From the human T2T-CHM13v2.0 reference genome, Homo sapiens, in NCBI RefSeq assembly GCF_009914755.1, contig NC_060937.1: a stretch of DNA of 64,000 nucleotides. One strand, 5' to 3'. How positions within the stretch are numbered: the stretch's first letter is position 1; every line of letters begins with the position of its first letter. A program made the translations under genes and the position numbers. Below, piece after piece: positions 1-20,125 of this stretch. A model generated the notes under the pieces. That model did not search any database, was not told where the DNA came from, and worked only from the letters and a program-made list of their open reading frames with translations.

Positions 1-85
1 TTTATACATATATAAAACAAATATATGTATATTTATATTTTGGGGGGTATATATTCAATAATGAGATTACTCAGTCAAATGGTAA

Positions 86-211
86 TTCTGTTTTAAGTTC
101 TTTGAGAAATCACCACACTACTTTTCACAGTGGCCGAACTAATTTACACTCTTCTGTTTTAAGTTCTTTGAGAAATCACCACACCGCTTTTCGCCGAACT
201 AATTTACACTC
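86..211. repeat. Local tandem duplication (66 bp + 60 bp) inside L1
   Basis: ttctgttttaagttctttgagaaatcaccacac...gccgaactaatttacactc at 86-151 and 152-211; second copy lacks 6 bp. Confidence 0.9.
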
Positions 212-613
212 TTACCAGCAGTGTATAAGCATTTCCTTTTCTCTGTAACCTTGCCAGAATTTGTTATTTTTTGACTTTTTAATAGTAGCCATTCTGATTG
301 GCATGTGATGGTATCTCATTGTGGTTTTGATTTGCATTTCTCTAATGATCAATAATTTTGAGCTTTTTTTCATATGCTTGTTGGCCACAAATATGTCTTC
401 TTTTGAAAAGCGTCTCTTCATGGTCTTTGCCCACTTTTTAAGGGGGCCGTTTATTTTTGCTTGTAAATTTGTTTAAGTTCCTTATAGATTCTGGATATTA
501 AACCTTTGTCAGATGCATAGTTTGCAAATATTTTCCCTCACTCTGTAGGTTTTCTGTTCACTCTGTATATAGTTTCTTTTGCTGTACAGAAGCTCTTTTG
601 TTTGTTTAATTAG

Positions 614-1131
<518 letters not shown>

Positions 1132-4100
1132 TGATTTTTATATGATGGGTAAGGTAGAGGCCCAGGCTTGATCTTCTGCATATGGCTAGCCATGTATCCC
1201 AGCACCATTTATTGAATAGTGAGTCCTTTCCTCATTGCTTGTTTTTGTCAGGTTTGTCAAAGATCAGATGGTTGTAGATGTGCAGACTTATTTCTGGGTT
1301 CGCTATTCTGTTCCATTGGTCTATGTGTCTGTTTTTATACCAATACCATGTTGTTTGGGTTACTGTAGCCCTGTAGTGTAATTTGAAGTCAGACAATGTG
1401 ATGCTTCTAGCTTTGTTCTTTTGCTTAAGATTGCCTTGTCTATTTGGGCTCCTTTTAGGTTCCATAAAAATTTTAAAATAGTTTTTTTTATAATTTTGTG
1501 AAGAATGTCATTAGTAGTTTGATAGGAATAACACTGAATCTGTATATTGCTTTTGGCAGTATGGCCATTTTAATAATGTTAATTTTTCCTATCCATGAGC
1601 ATGGAATGTTTTTCTATTTATTTGTGTCATCTCTGATTTATTTGACTAGTGTTTTCCAATTCTCATAAAAATCTTTCTCCTCCCTGGTTAGCTGTATTCC
1701 TAGGGATTTTATTCTTTTTGTGGGAATCATGAATGGGATTGTGTTCCTGATTTGGCTCTCAGCTTGTATGTTTTTGGTATATTGAAGTGTTACTAATTTT
1801 TGCATATTGATTTTCTATCTTAAAACTGCTGAAGTTTTTTATCAGCTTTAGGAGCATTTGGGCTGAGACTATGGGGTTTTCTAGATATATAATTATGTCA
1901 CCTGTGAACTGGGATAATATGACTTCCTCTCTACTTATTTGGATGTCTTTTATTTCTTTGTCTTGCCTGATTGTTCTGGCCAGGACTTCCAATACTGTGT
2001 TGAATAGGAGTGGTAAGAGAGGGCTTTCTTGCTTGTTACAGGCAACTAATCAATCAGCACATTTAACCTTTCAGCTACAGTTGACAATAAATAATATATT
2101 CTAAATTTTTAAAATTATTTATCTATATGTTTTTCTTTAAATAATCCAAAGTTTCTATAAAGTAGTATGAGTATTTAAATATATAACACATTAATTAGTT
2201 TTATGTTATTTAAAGGATAAAACCATTTCAAGAAGGACTATTCTTAGATAGTCCATCTATAACTACTACAAAATACTTCATAAGACCTTATTTTAAAAGG
2301 GTGTGAATGTGAATATCCTGATAAGCTTATCTATTTTTATGCTTTTCAGAACAGACTTATGGTTTGTCAAAATTCTAATGCTAATGCATGACAGGGAGAA
2401 TTATTAGTCCTCAAAAGCTCAAGACCCCTCGAATAAAATATAAAAAGGTTGAGAAAATAATAAGGAAGGATTTTTGTCTAATGTCTTTTAACACACTCCT
2501 CTCCAACCATTACAAGGGCTATTCAAAATATTTACTCAAAGCCTATTTGTAGCTTTTCACTGTATATTCCCACCCATAAATACATCAAATATATTAATTT
2601 TGAACTAAAATAATAGCATTATTAATAATGTAACTTTAAATCATTTAAATGAAGCAAATTTTGATCTATAAAGACATTTGATATTTATTGCTCATATTAT
2701 ATTTTTTCCACCTTTCTTCTCTCCCATCCCAATTTCCCTACCCCAAAAATGGCAAATGGCACTGAGGTGTGATTAGGCACTAAAAAAAATCAATAATAGC
2801 AAAAACCCCACACATACTTTTACACTTTTCATATTGATTTCAAATAATCACAGAGATCAAGTTATCAAACAGCAAGAAAATATAATCAAAACCTTCAACC
2901 AACCATGGCCAAAATAACCAATTACTAAAAAATGATGGAAAAATGTATGTATTATGAGATACAAAAGTTTGTTTATATCAAAATGAATAAATAAAATCCA
3001 GTGGGCAAGCCGAAACACAAGTAGGTAGAAAATATGTGCTTAAAGCAAAATGACAAGCTGTAATAGTGCCCATAATTTTCTTTTTTTATGTAACTTAATG
3101 AAAAAGTTATGATTTCGCATATTCACAGAAATAATGCTGTATCTTAGTTTGACAGTGTAACTGGTTTCACAGCCACCTCCCCACCCCTTTGGGAGTTAAT
3201 GGGAAATTTATTCTTCTACATCCTCTCCCTACCTCTTACCCAAGTATTCTGAAAGCATACTTTTTTGACCCTTTTTTTTTCATTGATTCTTAGTTTGAAT
3301 TTAATAATCAAAGACTTAATTTGAATTTGAGTTGAATTTTATTTTTAAAAAGTTTTTCTTTGCCTCGATTATTAGTTTGAGTTTATGCAAATAAGTAGAA
3401 AACCTACTGACGTAAAGAAATTTTGATTCTTGTATCTCTTGAATATGCAAACTAGCTTTTTAATGCACTAGTCAAAACACTAGATACATTTAGAAGAATA
3501 TTTGGATGTAAGATGTTAAACCAGGAACAATATAGTTCAACATTTTGATCTTAGTCCTCTTTTGATGTCATTATTTCATAATTTAACACTTTAGCTATAT
3601 TCACACTGCATTTTGATATACTGTCAGATGTATCAAAATCCAATGAAATATACTTGTATGTATTGTATTTCAAAATACTTACATTTACAACTATTTGGTT
3701 GCATTACATACATTTTTAAAACCTACTCAATTGAACTTACAATATTTGTTTTTGACTCTTTCAGAGCAGTTCAAAATTTGCCACGATTTTCTCTTGGTCA
3801 GAGGGAGCAAGTTATAATTGGTCTTATATTAATTAAACCAGATCAGGACATTATTAGCCTCAACAAAAACAATCAAATTGGGTTCTTTCAGTAGAATCTT
3901 TTCCAACTAATATTTCAAATTCTTAACTAATTCTTCCTGCTCAGTCAATTTATACCTAAAGAGTCTATTTGAGACTTTTTGTTCTTCCTTTTATGTTTGT
4001 CACTACTTAAAAAAAAATCAGAGGCTTAATTTAGATAATTTTATATATATGTATATACATATGTATTTACTTGGAATATTTAAAATATATTAACTGAGGT

Positions 4101-5718
4101 CTTGGCAAAAGAAATAAATTTTTAGACTTCTTAAAGTTAATTATGTCAATGAAGGTTATAAGAAACAAATTATAGGCACAACATACCAATAATTATTTTA
4201 AAATATCATCAGGCAAAACAAATGTTGACTCCTTTATAAGTAAGTCCCAGAAAATGGGGTTCAATTCATTGTCTTCATCTTTGATGTTTAAATTCATGAG
4301 GTGCTTGAGAAACTAAAGTTCAAATGATCTAAAAATAGTCACATTTGAAGGAAATTCAAGGTTATTAGATTGCTATCTTGTAGTCTATGTACATTGATGA
4401 CAAACCTCAGGCGAACATTACAAGTGAAAAGCAACACACCTTCAGGATTTTCTGTTACCTTTTATGTCATCAAAAGACTGTGAAACATAATTTTCTTCTA
4501 GAGAACTTCCAAAATTTTACTGATCTCTTTTAACATTTGCAAGTTATTTTATTTTAATTTTTTATTACTCTTAGTAGCTTCAAAAATAAACAACTATACT
4601 CTCTTATTAGGAAGTGTTTTTATACCTGACTTGGAAAAAGTCATTTGTCCTTGGTACCTTGACATTCTGATTCCTGTGGCAAACTTTAATAGACATTTCA
4701 AGAGGGTTGATTATAAAACAATCTGCAAGCCATTACTCGTAGCTATACTAAACCAGTAGCAATCAATCTCAATGCCTGGGTTCAATCGAGGTAGAAGAAG
4801 AGAGCTGCCTGAAACTATGGGTTATTGGAAATCTCACTGATAGGAAACACCAGGAAAATGAATGTTCATCTTCTTGACATTTACTAGGAGGAGAATACCT
4901 CATCCTAATTTATTTTGCTCTGGCTCTGTAAAAGTGAATCCGTTGATTTTCTCTGAAATATATTAAACTGCTTCAGGGAAAAATCACTGAAAAACATCAG
5001 TGTGTAATTTTTTTAAGTCAGACTACTTAAATTATTTAACTTATATGGTCTGCAGCATTCTAAATTACAAATATATTTTGGTTTAATTCTATTTCTTATC
5101 TTTTGCCAAAATGTTTTATTCAACACTCAATATCTTCGACTTTTGTCATGCAATTGAATGGACTTTTCTTACTGCTCCTATTGGGTTTGAGTGGAGCCAG
5201 TCCCCGTGGTGAATCGGTCACTGGAGGAAAAGCAATGATGAGGTCAGGATGGACATGCTGGCTCACAGGTGCCTCTCACACTGGGGCTTGTCTCTCAGCA
5301 AGCCACATACTAGCCACTCCCAGGAAGACATAATAACATTTTTATGGATTCTAAAAAAATGCAAAAGATAAAATTCTTTTTGCCTTAGTTTTACATTTGC
5401 AGTTATTTACAGAAGTCAATAGATATGTCATTTTTGAAATTTTCAACAATAGCCTCTTAAATATAAATAATAATAAATTAGTATATTTCTCAACAGATAT
5501 GACCACTTTTGAGTCCCTTTTTGACATCTGATGCTTTAGATAATTATCCACCAGCCTCACAAGATGGATTGTTTTGTATATTCATGTGACACCTGATAGC
5601 TCTCACAATGTCAAGCCAGTTACTATGAATCTCCTTCATAACAACACTTGGCAGGGCGTTCGGTGAGACCACCCTTAAATAATTATGATCATCATCATGA
5701 TAATAACAATTCTATTAA

Positions 5719-6165
5719 TGTCCCAGTCAGGGAGAATATGACCCACGGAAAAGAGTTGCTTGAAGGGAGTTTAATAAAGGGACTATTTACAAAGGTGTGA
5801 GGTGGTTTAAGGAAAACCAACAAGCAATGGTGAGTAACCACAGCAGGAAAGTCACTATCACCTTTGACCAAAAGAGGTTAAGGGATGGGAGGGTTCAATG
5901 GAACCCAGAAAAATTTGAAACTGTAGGGTAAGAGAGGGCACCTGATGTGACATCAAGATTCTCCTTTTGTGCAGAAAGGTAGTCCTTGCCAACCCCGTAG
6001 GAAGAAATATAATTATCCAGACTGAATTATTCTCCACTCTCTTCCTGCTGATGCCTTCCTTCATATGAACCCAAGAGAGGAGACTGGTTGATAGTGTTCA
6101 TAAAATGCAAGGTAGAGAGCACAAGATTGGATCTACAGGAAGCAAAATGAGAGTACTCAGCATAC
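5719..6165 (-). mobile_element. Old MaLR LTR (MLT1K-like)
   Basis: gagtttaataaagggactatttacaaaggtgtg...aaccaacaag motif recalled from MLT1K; highly diverged. Confidence 0.5.
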
Positions 6166-6589
6166 ATATTTAGTAAGCACCTGCATGACTTATTTAAATT
6201 TTATTACAACTCTTCATCATTTATTGAAAATTTGAACCTCAGCTTTCCAAGACCACATAGTGACTAGTAGAACTAAGATTAAGATTTATATTTGTCTCAT
6301 CCTAATACCTATGCTGCTTTTACTATGCTATACTCCACACGTGTATTCATGTGCCTTACATAGTCCCAAATACTTCCTTTGCAAATAAGTACGAATTTAT
6401 TCTCAGACCTCACCCATAATGGCTTTACCTTAAGAAACTATTGAAACTTACTGGAAGCCACTAACTATACCAGGACTCTCCTTAGAATCGAACCATTCCA
6501 GAGCCCTGCTTTTGGTTTGCTTTCAGCTCCTACTTACAAAAATCTCAGTAACTCTCATCCTAAAAGCTACATTGTATGTTTCAATATTT

Positions 6590-7056
6590 GAATATTGAAT
6601 GAATATTGAATGAATATTGAATGAATATTCGATATCGAATATTGAATGAATATTCGATATCGAATATTGAATGAATATTCGATATCGAATATTGAATGAA
6701 TATTCGATATCGAATATTGAATGAATATTCGATATCGAATATTGAATGAATATTCGATATCGAATATTGAATGAATATTCGATATCGAATATTGAATGAA
6801 TATTCGATATCGAATATTGAATGAATATTCGATATCGAATATTGAATGAATATTCGATATCGAATATTGAATGAATATTCGATATCGAATATTGAATGAA
6901 TATTCGATATCGAATATTGAATGAATATTCGATATCGAATATTGAATGAATATTCGATATCGAATATTGAATGAATATTCGATATCGAATATTGAATGAA
7001 TATTCGATATCGAATATTGAATGAATATTCGATATCGAATATTGAATGAATATTGA
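6590..7056. repeat. Minisatellite: 3 x 11-bp GAATATTGAAT, then 17 perfect 25-bp units (AATATTCGATATCGAATATT-GAATG)
   Basis: GATATC recurs every 25 bp from 6631 to 7031; 20 of the 25 bp form a perfect palindrome. Confidence 0.98.
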
Positions 7057-7919
7057 AACATTCCACTCTCTTTAACTTTTTGAAATAGTTTCGGTAGAAT
7101 TGATATTAGCTCTTCTTTAAATGTTTTGATAGAATTCAGCAATAAAGACATCAAGTGCAGTGTTTTACTTTGATGGGAGATTGTTTGTTATTGTTTTAAT
7201 CTTGTTGCCTGTTGGTGGTCTATTAAAGTTTTCTATTTCTTTATTATTCAATCTTGGTAAGTTGTATGTGTCCAGAAGTTTATCCCTTTCTTCTAGGTTT
7301 TCTAATTTGTTGACATATAGTTGTATTTGTAGTGGTTTGTTATAATCTTTTGTATTTCTGTTATATCAGTTGTAATGTTTCCTTTTCATCTCTGATTTTA
7401 TTTGAGTTTTCTTTGTTTCTTAGTTAATCTTGCTAAAGGTTTGCTGATTTTGTTTATCTTCAAAAAACCAGCTCTTTGATATATTAATTTTTTGTGTGTT
7501 TTTTAAAAGTCTCTACTAGGTTTATTTCTGCTCTGATTTTGATTACATATTTCTTTCACTTATTTAAGGTTTAGATTGTTCTTGTTTTGCTAGTTTCTTG
7601 AGGTATGTCACTAGGTAGTTTATTTGAGATCTTTCTACTTTTCTGATGTAGGCATTTATTGTTATAAATTTCCCTCTCAGATCTGCTTTTGCTGAATCCC
7701 ATAGATTTTGGTATGTTCTATTTCCACTTTCATATGTCATAAGAAAATTTTCAATTTCTTTTTGATTTTTTCATTGATCCATTGGTCGTTTATGAGCACA
7801 TTCTTTACTTTCCATGTATTTTTAGTTTTTAAATTTCCTCTTGTTATGGATTTCTAGTTTTATTCCATTTTTGCCAGAAAAGATGCTTGATATAATTTCA
7901 GTTTTTAAAAATTTATGCT

Positions 7920-9098
<1,179 letters not shown>

Positions 9099-12000
9099 AC
9101 TTGTTTTGTAACCTAATATATAGTATATCATGGAGAATGTATCAGCAGCTGTTGGGTGAAATGTTCTGTAAATGACTGTTAGGTTCATTTGGACTACAGC
9201 AGAGTTTAACTGATGTTTATTTGTTAATTTTCTGTCTGGATGCTCTGTTCATTGCTGAAAGTAAGTTACTCAAGTTCCCTATTATTATTGTACTGCAGTA
9301 GATCTCTTTGTTTAGGTCTGTTAATATTTGCTGTATGTATTTACATGTTTCAGTACTGGGTATACATATATATATATAATTGTTATATTCTCCTGCTCGT
9401 ATTGACCCCTTTGTCATTATGTAATGGCCTTCTTTGTCTTTTTAATTACTTTTTACTTAAAGTCTATTTGGTCTGATATAAATATAGCTACTTTTGTTAT
9501 CTTTCCTTTTTTAATTGCATGCAATATATCTTTCCTTCTGTTCACTTTCAGTCTGTCTTTATAGATGTAGTGATTTCTTGTAGGCAGCACATAGTTGGGT
9601 CTTTAAAAAATACATTGAGTCATTCTATGTCTCTTAATTAGATATTTTAGTCCTTTTCCACTCAAGGTTATGACTAATAGGTGACAACTTACTACTGCCA
9701 TTTTGTTGCTTGTTTCCTAGTTGTTTTGTAACTCTTGTCTTTTTTTTTTTTTTAATCTTTCTTACTGTCTTCCTTTGTGGTCAACTATTTTTCTTCTGTG
9801 GTATGTATTAATTTAATGCATTTTCATTTTAGGGCATCTGTTGTAGATTTTTGCTTTGTGATTACCGTGAGGCTTACCAAAACATCTTGTAGTTATAACA
9901 AGTTATTTTAAATTGATGACAATTTAACTTTGATTGTAAAAAGAATAAACAAGCAAACAAACAAAAGCTAAGAAACTCCAAACCTTAACTCTATTTAGAC
10001 TCTTTAATGTCTAAATTTACATGTTTTTATATTACCTATGTCTTAACAAATTGTTGTAGTTATTGTTTTCAATAGTTTTATCTTTTAGTCTTTATACTAA
10101 AGATATGAGTGGTTTATAAACCACAATTGCAATGTTAGAATACTATAAATTTTTCTGTATATTTCCTTTATCAGGGTGTTTTAGACCTTCAGATGTTTTC
10201 TTATTGTGCATTATCATCCTTTTTTTCAGATTGAAGAATTCTCTTTAGCATTTCTTGTAAGACAAGTCTGGTGTGATGAATTTCTTCAACTTTTATCTGT
10301 GAATGTGTTTATCTCTGTATTATGTTTGAAGTATATCTCTGCTGGGTACAGTATTATCAGATGGCAGTTTTATTTCCTTCATTACTTTAAATATGTCATC
10401 CTACTCCCTCCTAGCCTCTAAAGTTTTCACTAAAAAGCCTACTGCCAGATGTATCAGAGTGCCTTTAAATGTTATTTGCTTCTTTTCTCTTGCTGTATTT
10501 AGGATTATCTCTTTGTCTTTAACCTTTGAGAATTTGATTATTGTATGCTTGGAGTAATCTTACTGGGTTCAATCTACTTGATGACTTTCTGATCTTTAAG
10601 CTTGCTGTACCAGATATTTATATCTTTCTCAAGGTTTGGAATGTTTTTCATTATTATTGACCTGAAAACATTCCTACTGCTTTATCTTTCTCTGTTCCCT
10701 CTTGGAGACCAGTGACTTTCACATTTGCTCTTTTGATTCTATCCCATGGAGAATTCTTTGCTACTTTTCATTCTTCTTTTTTATTAAATTTTCTCTTCTG
10801 ACCATGTATTTTCAAATAGCCTGTCTTTGGGCCCACTTATCCTTTCTTTTGCTTAATTCTGCTGTTGTGACTTTTTAATGCATTTTCACTTTTTTCCACT
10901 GTACTTTATAGTTTCAAAATTTGTTTGATTGTCCATTATTTTAATCTCTGTTAAATTTCTCTAGTAAATATTTGAGTTGCTTCTCTGTTCTCTTAAAATT
11001 TGTTGAGTTTTCTCAAAACAGCTGTTTTGAATTCCTTTTCTGTAAGGTCATACATTTTCATATTTTCAGGTAAGTCACTGGTATCATATTGAGTTCACTT
11101 GGTGAGATTATATTTTCCTGAACGTTCTAGATGCTTGTGGATGTATGTCGATGTCTAGATATTGAAAAATTAGGCATTTCTTCTAATTTTTGCAGTCTGG
11201 CCTTGTTTGTATCTGCCCCTCTTCTGAGGGCCTTGTAGAAATTTAAAGGAGAGTGACTACTAAATTCCCCAAGCCTGTGGTCACTGCATACATTTTAACA
11301 CTAGAGAGCACCCTAAATCCTGGTTCACTGCAAATACCTTTCAGATTCCTAGGTCTTCACTCCTAGTGGATTTGGAGAAGATCAGGGAGAGTTTTCTGAG
11401 TTTCCAAGCAAAGTTCCACATTCACTTCCCTCTCCTTCCTACAAACATAAAAAGTCTTTGTGCTGCATTGCCTGGAGTTGGGGGGAAGAGTAATGCAAGC
11501 ATCCTTATGTTTACTGCAGCTGGCACCATGCTGTGTTGCACTTGAAGTCTTCCCACACCAGCATCACACCAGGGCTCACCCAAGGCCCATATCTGCTACT
11601 ACCTGACTGCCGTTGACATTTATTCAGGACCCAAGGCCACTTTAGTCAGCTTGTGGCAAAGCCAGTCAGGACTGGGTTCATCCTACCAAGGTAGCAGATT
11701 CCCTTCTGGCCCAGGGTGATTCTAGAAGTTCTGTCCATGGGCACCAGCCTGGAATCAGAAGACACATGATGCCATGTTTTACCTTGGCTGGGCCTATACT
11801 GGGTTCCAAGGCAAAGTCCCATGCAAACTTTTCTCTCCGTCTCCCAAACGGGTGGATTTTCTCTCCATACTGCACTGCTTGGAGTTTGTGGATGGATCAT
11901 ATAAGCAATGTGCGATAGTACATTCTCTTCGATGTTCCTTTTATTGTTATTATGTCAAAATCAAATACTGTGATCTCTCTCCTGATTTCTTTACTCTTGT

Positions 12001-14086
12001 GAATATTTTTTGCATAGATAGTTGTGCAATTTGTTGTTCCTGTGTGGTGATGATTACCGAAAGGCTCTATTCCACCATCTTGTTCCACCTCCTTCAAGGA
12101 GTGTTGATTATATAGATTATTGCCCTGTTTATGGACTGTTTATTTTTCTCTTGGTATAATACTTGTTTTACATATTTTTTCAAAAGATGTTGATTTCAGT
12201 GGAGTACTAAGCATTGGAAAAGAGAGCAAGAAAAGGGGAGAGAAAGAGGAAAAGACAGAGAAAAGTGGTCGAGAGATAGAAGATAGAGAGAAAAAAAGTA
12301 TTTCTAGGTTTCAGTACATAACACAAATTTATTGCCTAATTTATTTATTATTGAAAATGTATTATTAAATTGAATGAGCAGAGCACATGAGTTGCTATTG
12401 CTGGAGGCAACCATAAGTCACATTTTGACAGGTTACATGTATTTAATGCAACCATTTATTTTTTATACATGAGAAATGAATACTTTCTTTAGTAATTGCC
12501 AAATCGTAGACTTCCAGAAATTCACAGCATCTTTTTAAGGAAAATACATTTACCAAAATGTCATGGGAATTTATTCATATTTCAAAGCAAATTCAGAGGA
12601 AATATGTAGAATAGCTTCCTTTTTTCCAAAGGGTGACATTGACGGATAACTTGCATTTTGCTGTATTTTTTTAGCATATTTTACAATTTTTAAATGTTTT
12701 GTATATTTCAATAAAATATACTAGATGTAAAAGAGGCTATGTGTGGACAGTATAAGGCTATTATGCAGCAATAAGATAAATACTTTTGTTTTTTTTTTTT
12801 CCCCCCTTTTATGTTGGGGTGAGAGGAGACAGGATAAATCTATTCATTTGGCTTCACAATTTTTGGAAGATATTTGATAAAGCCAAGAGACTTGTCTTTG
12901 TAGCATTTAACTGTGTTTTATGAGACTCATCAGTTAACAATTCACCAGAAATATATAGCACAAACAGTTTACCAAAAGTGAGTAATCTAAAACCAAAAGT
13001 GAAAAATAAATTTACTTTCTGGAATGCCAGTGTTTCTAGGGACAAGAAGGTAATCCACAGGTAAATGTAATAATCCAGGTATGTTTTAGTGTTATAATCT
13101 GAATTAGGGGGATAGGGTAATGTACAATATAACAAATTCTGAGAAAAACAAATCCAGTGAAATAATTATATTTTATCTTTGGTAGTCTTTAATCCCATAA
13201 TACAAACTCTCAACATTCAGTACCTCAGGGAATAAATTACTCTTTTGTCTTTGTCATTTAGGTAAGAGAGTGGAATTTTGATTGGAGTAACATATAACAA
13301 ATCAAGACGTTAGATTGAAATAGTCTAATAAATGTATTTTCCCCTAAATTTATAGTTTCAAAAGCTATTTGAAAGTTGTAAACTTTTTTTCAGAGTTATT
13401 AGGAATACTTGGCTGAGCTTTACTGAACACGAGTCTTTCCACTCATTTTTATGCCTATCAATAGGCCAAGTATATCTCATACAATGGCTTTGACAGTGGA
13501 TTCAAATACATTTTAAAACATAATATGTCCTCCCTATGTAACTTTTCACTCTTATCATAAAATTTTATACTGCATTGTTAATTTTTTTTCTGTTAAAGAC
13601 TTGTAGGCATTATAACTCATTTTCTTAACTATCTCTAAATCTTCTAGATAGAATAATTAAAGCAAATGCACAGTGGTTACTTAGGTAGAATAGAAATGAG
13701 TCACAAAGATATAATTGAATTTCTTTTATATCCATTGTGTTTTCTTTCCATGCTAGGCATGGTTCTATACACAAAGATCTCAAAAATATCCATCAGAGTT
13801 TTCCAAATGTAACTCAGTTACTCATCAGGACTGATAGAGTGGCTCCATTTACAGTTCAGGGCATTTTTTTTTTTTTTGAAAAGTAAAAATAAGCAAAACA
13901 AAACAAAAATCCTTTCACAATCCTCAAAGCTAGCTTCATTGGTCATTTATTCATTCACTAATTTTAGCAAGTATAATTGAACATATACAATATACTCCTA
14001 CATGCTGAGGAAGCAAACAGAATCTCCTCTTGTAGGCATTTATATATAAACAAGAAACCATAACCCCATAAATATAACTGTGGGAT

Positions 14087-14423
<337 letters not shown>

Positions 14424-14576
14424 AATAATATACATTTTTATGTTATAAAAGAGGTATAGTAAACATAGAGATATATGGATCATTTTAAAATGAAACATTT
14501 ATTTTTACAAGAAAGGTCAGAGAAGTCTGAAATCTGGACAGGCAGAGGTGAGGAAGAGCTAGAATGTAAGGGGAAG

Positions 14577-18506
<3,930 letters not shown>

Positions 18507-19869
18507 AGAACGTAAGGAGAAGAAAGATGTTTCAGGCAGATGTAATAAGGCGAGGAAAGGCACAAAAGCTAAAATATATATGTGGGGGGGAAATGAAGAA
18601 AAATATAGAGGGATGTACCTTTACATTTTATGATATAGCTTGGTTATTGGTAGCTTTGAATTTGATGTTAAACAAGAAATGGCTTGAATCTAATCTGGCT
18701 ACCTATGAAAAGCTATAAAAATAATAATAACAAAAAGCATTCCTTTCTTCACAGCCCTGGATGGTGTGTTATTTTGTTTTGTTTAGCCAAAGGGGAAAAT
18801 CAAGCACAATTGAATTTAACAAGTCTTTATTAAGAACTTACAAGGGGCAGCACTCTATTAAGCTTATAGAACACATAAGCAGAAGGAATAAGACTAACAC
18901 AGTGACACAGCAGCACCAGGCCAAAAGAGAAAGGGGGTCCAGGGAGGAGGCCCTGCATGATTATGCCTGGTCAAGTGTTCACTGTCATCTAGTCTGCAGC
19001 TTTGGTAGTAAACAGCAAAAACAATACAGTTATGTCAATATATTATTTTCTTATTGTATAAGTACATATATACTTGTGCATGTATTTGTGTTACATTTTA
19101 TCTCATCCATTATATTTGGTGCCTCTAGAGCTGTGAATTAAACTCCGTAAGTATTACAGTGTTAAGGAACAGTAAGTTACCCAGGGTGACTCTATCAGGA
19201 TTTGCTATTTCAGTGTTGATACTCAGAAAGGTACCCAGATGAGTGTTACTCATACTTTCCAAACATTTCTGTGTAACAGATTCATTCAAGGTTCTCACCT
19301 GAATACCCTGGGTTTTCATTTAGCATACCTTTAGCAGAGGACTCTGGAGAAACTGCTGAAGGTAGTGTGTAGACCATAATATAAGAACACAATTATATAA
19401 ACTCTGTGTAGTAGGCAAACCCCCATTATTTTGTAATGAATAATCTATCCATTCAGGAAAATAAAATAAATAAAATAAAATGGTTTATTTATATTATTGC
19501 AAGTTAAAAAGGTTAACGTTAGTGATTTCTATCTATAATTCTTCTTTTATCTTACACATTATTTCTAAGATGATAAATAAGTTTCATCTTATGTGCCACT
19601 AATAATGAGTTCTGGGAGTACTGGCTTGTGAATATTTCTAGGGCTAATCAAGTCGACACTCTAGAGGGAAAAACCTTATGGTCAATAAGCAATGACTGCA
19701 ATAAATGGCAGAAGTGGAAGTATGCAGTAGGACCAAAGTCTGTGCATACTCACTTTCCTGAGATGTGCTTTACATTGCTTTACTTTTAGCATATTTCTTT
19801 TTTTGTTTTCTGAAATTTGGTGACTTATTTTTTTCTTTTTTTCAGGGTTGATGTTTTCTTATTTTTAAA

Positions 19870-20125
19870 AACATATTTATTTAAATTGACATATTAAATT
19901 TTATATATTTATCATGTACAACATAACACTTTGAAGTATGTATACATTGTGGAATGGTTAAATTGAGCTAATAAACATATGCATTACCTTACACAGCTAT
20001 TTTGTGTGTGTAGTGAGAATACTTAAAATCTACTCTCAGCAATCTTCAAGAATACAATTCATTGTCACCATATTGTGCAACAGGTCTCTTGAACTTATTC
20101 CTCTCATTTAACTAAATTTATTTTT
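19870..20125 (-). mobile_element. L1MA-type 3' end fragment
   Basis: ttgacatattaaattttatatatttatcatgtacaac...gtgagaatacttaaaatctactctcagcaat...tctcttgaacttattcctc matches a reversed L1MA 3'UTR. Confidence 0.75.

Noticed and set aside
5160-5335. GC-richer patch with ATGATGA (possible exon or C/D snoRNA)
   Set aside because: No convincing D box with terminal stem and no supported splice structure.
6623-7045. Heat-shock element array or satellite III
   Set aside because: Only two-unit nGAAnnTTCn per repeat with the third unit out of phase; no (GGAAT)n runs.
6624-7048. CRISPR-like array of palindromic repeats
   Set aside because: The spacer is an invariant 5 bp, there are no cas genes and the DNA is primate.
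6567-7154. 195-aa and 161-aa ORFs with a 25-aa repeat (SIFDIEYSFNIRYRIFIQYSISNIH)
   Set aside because: The minus strand of the 25-bp unit simply has no stop codon in any frame; the N-terminus is L1 ORF2 debris, and there is no evidence of expression.
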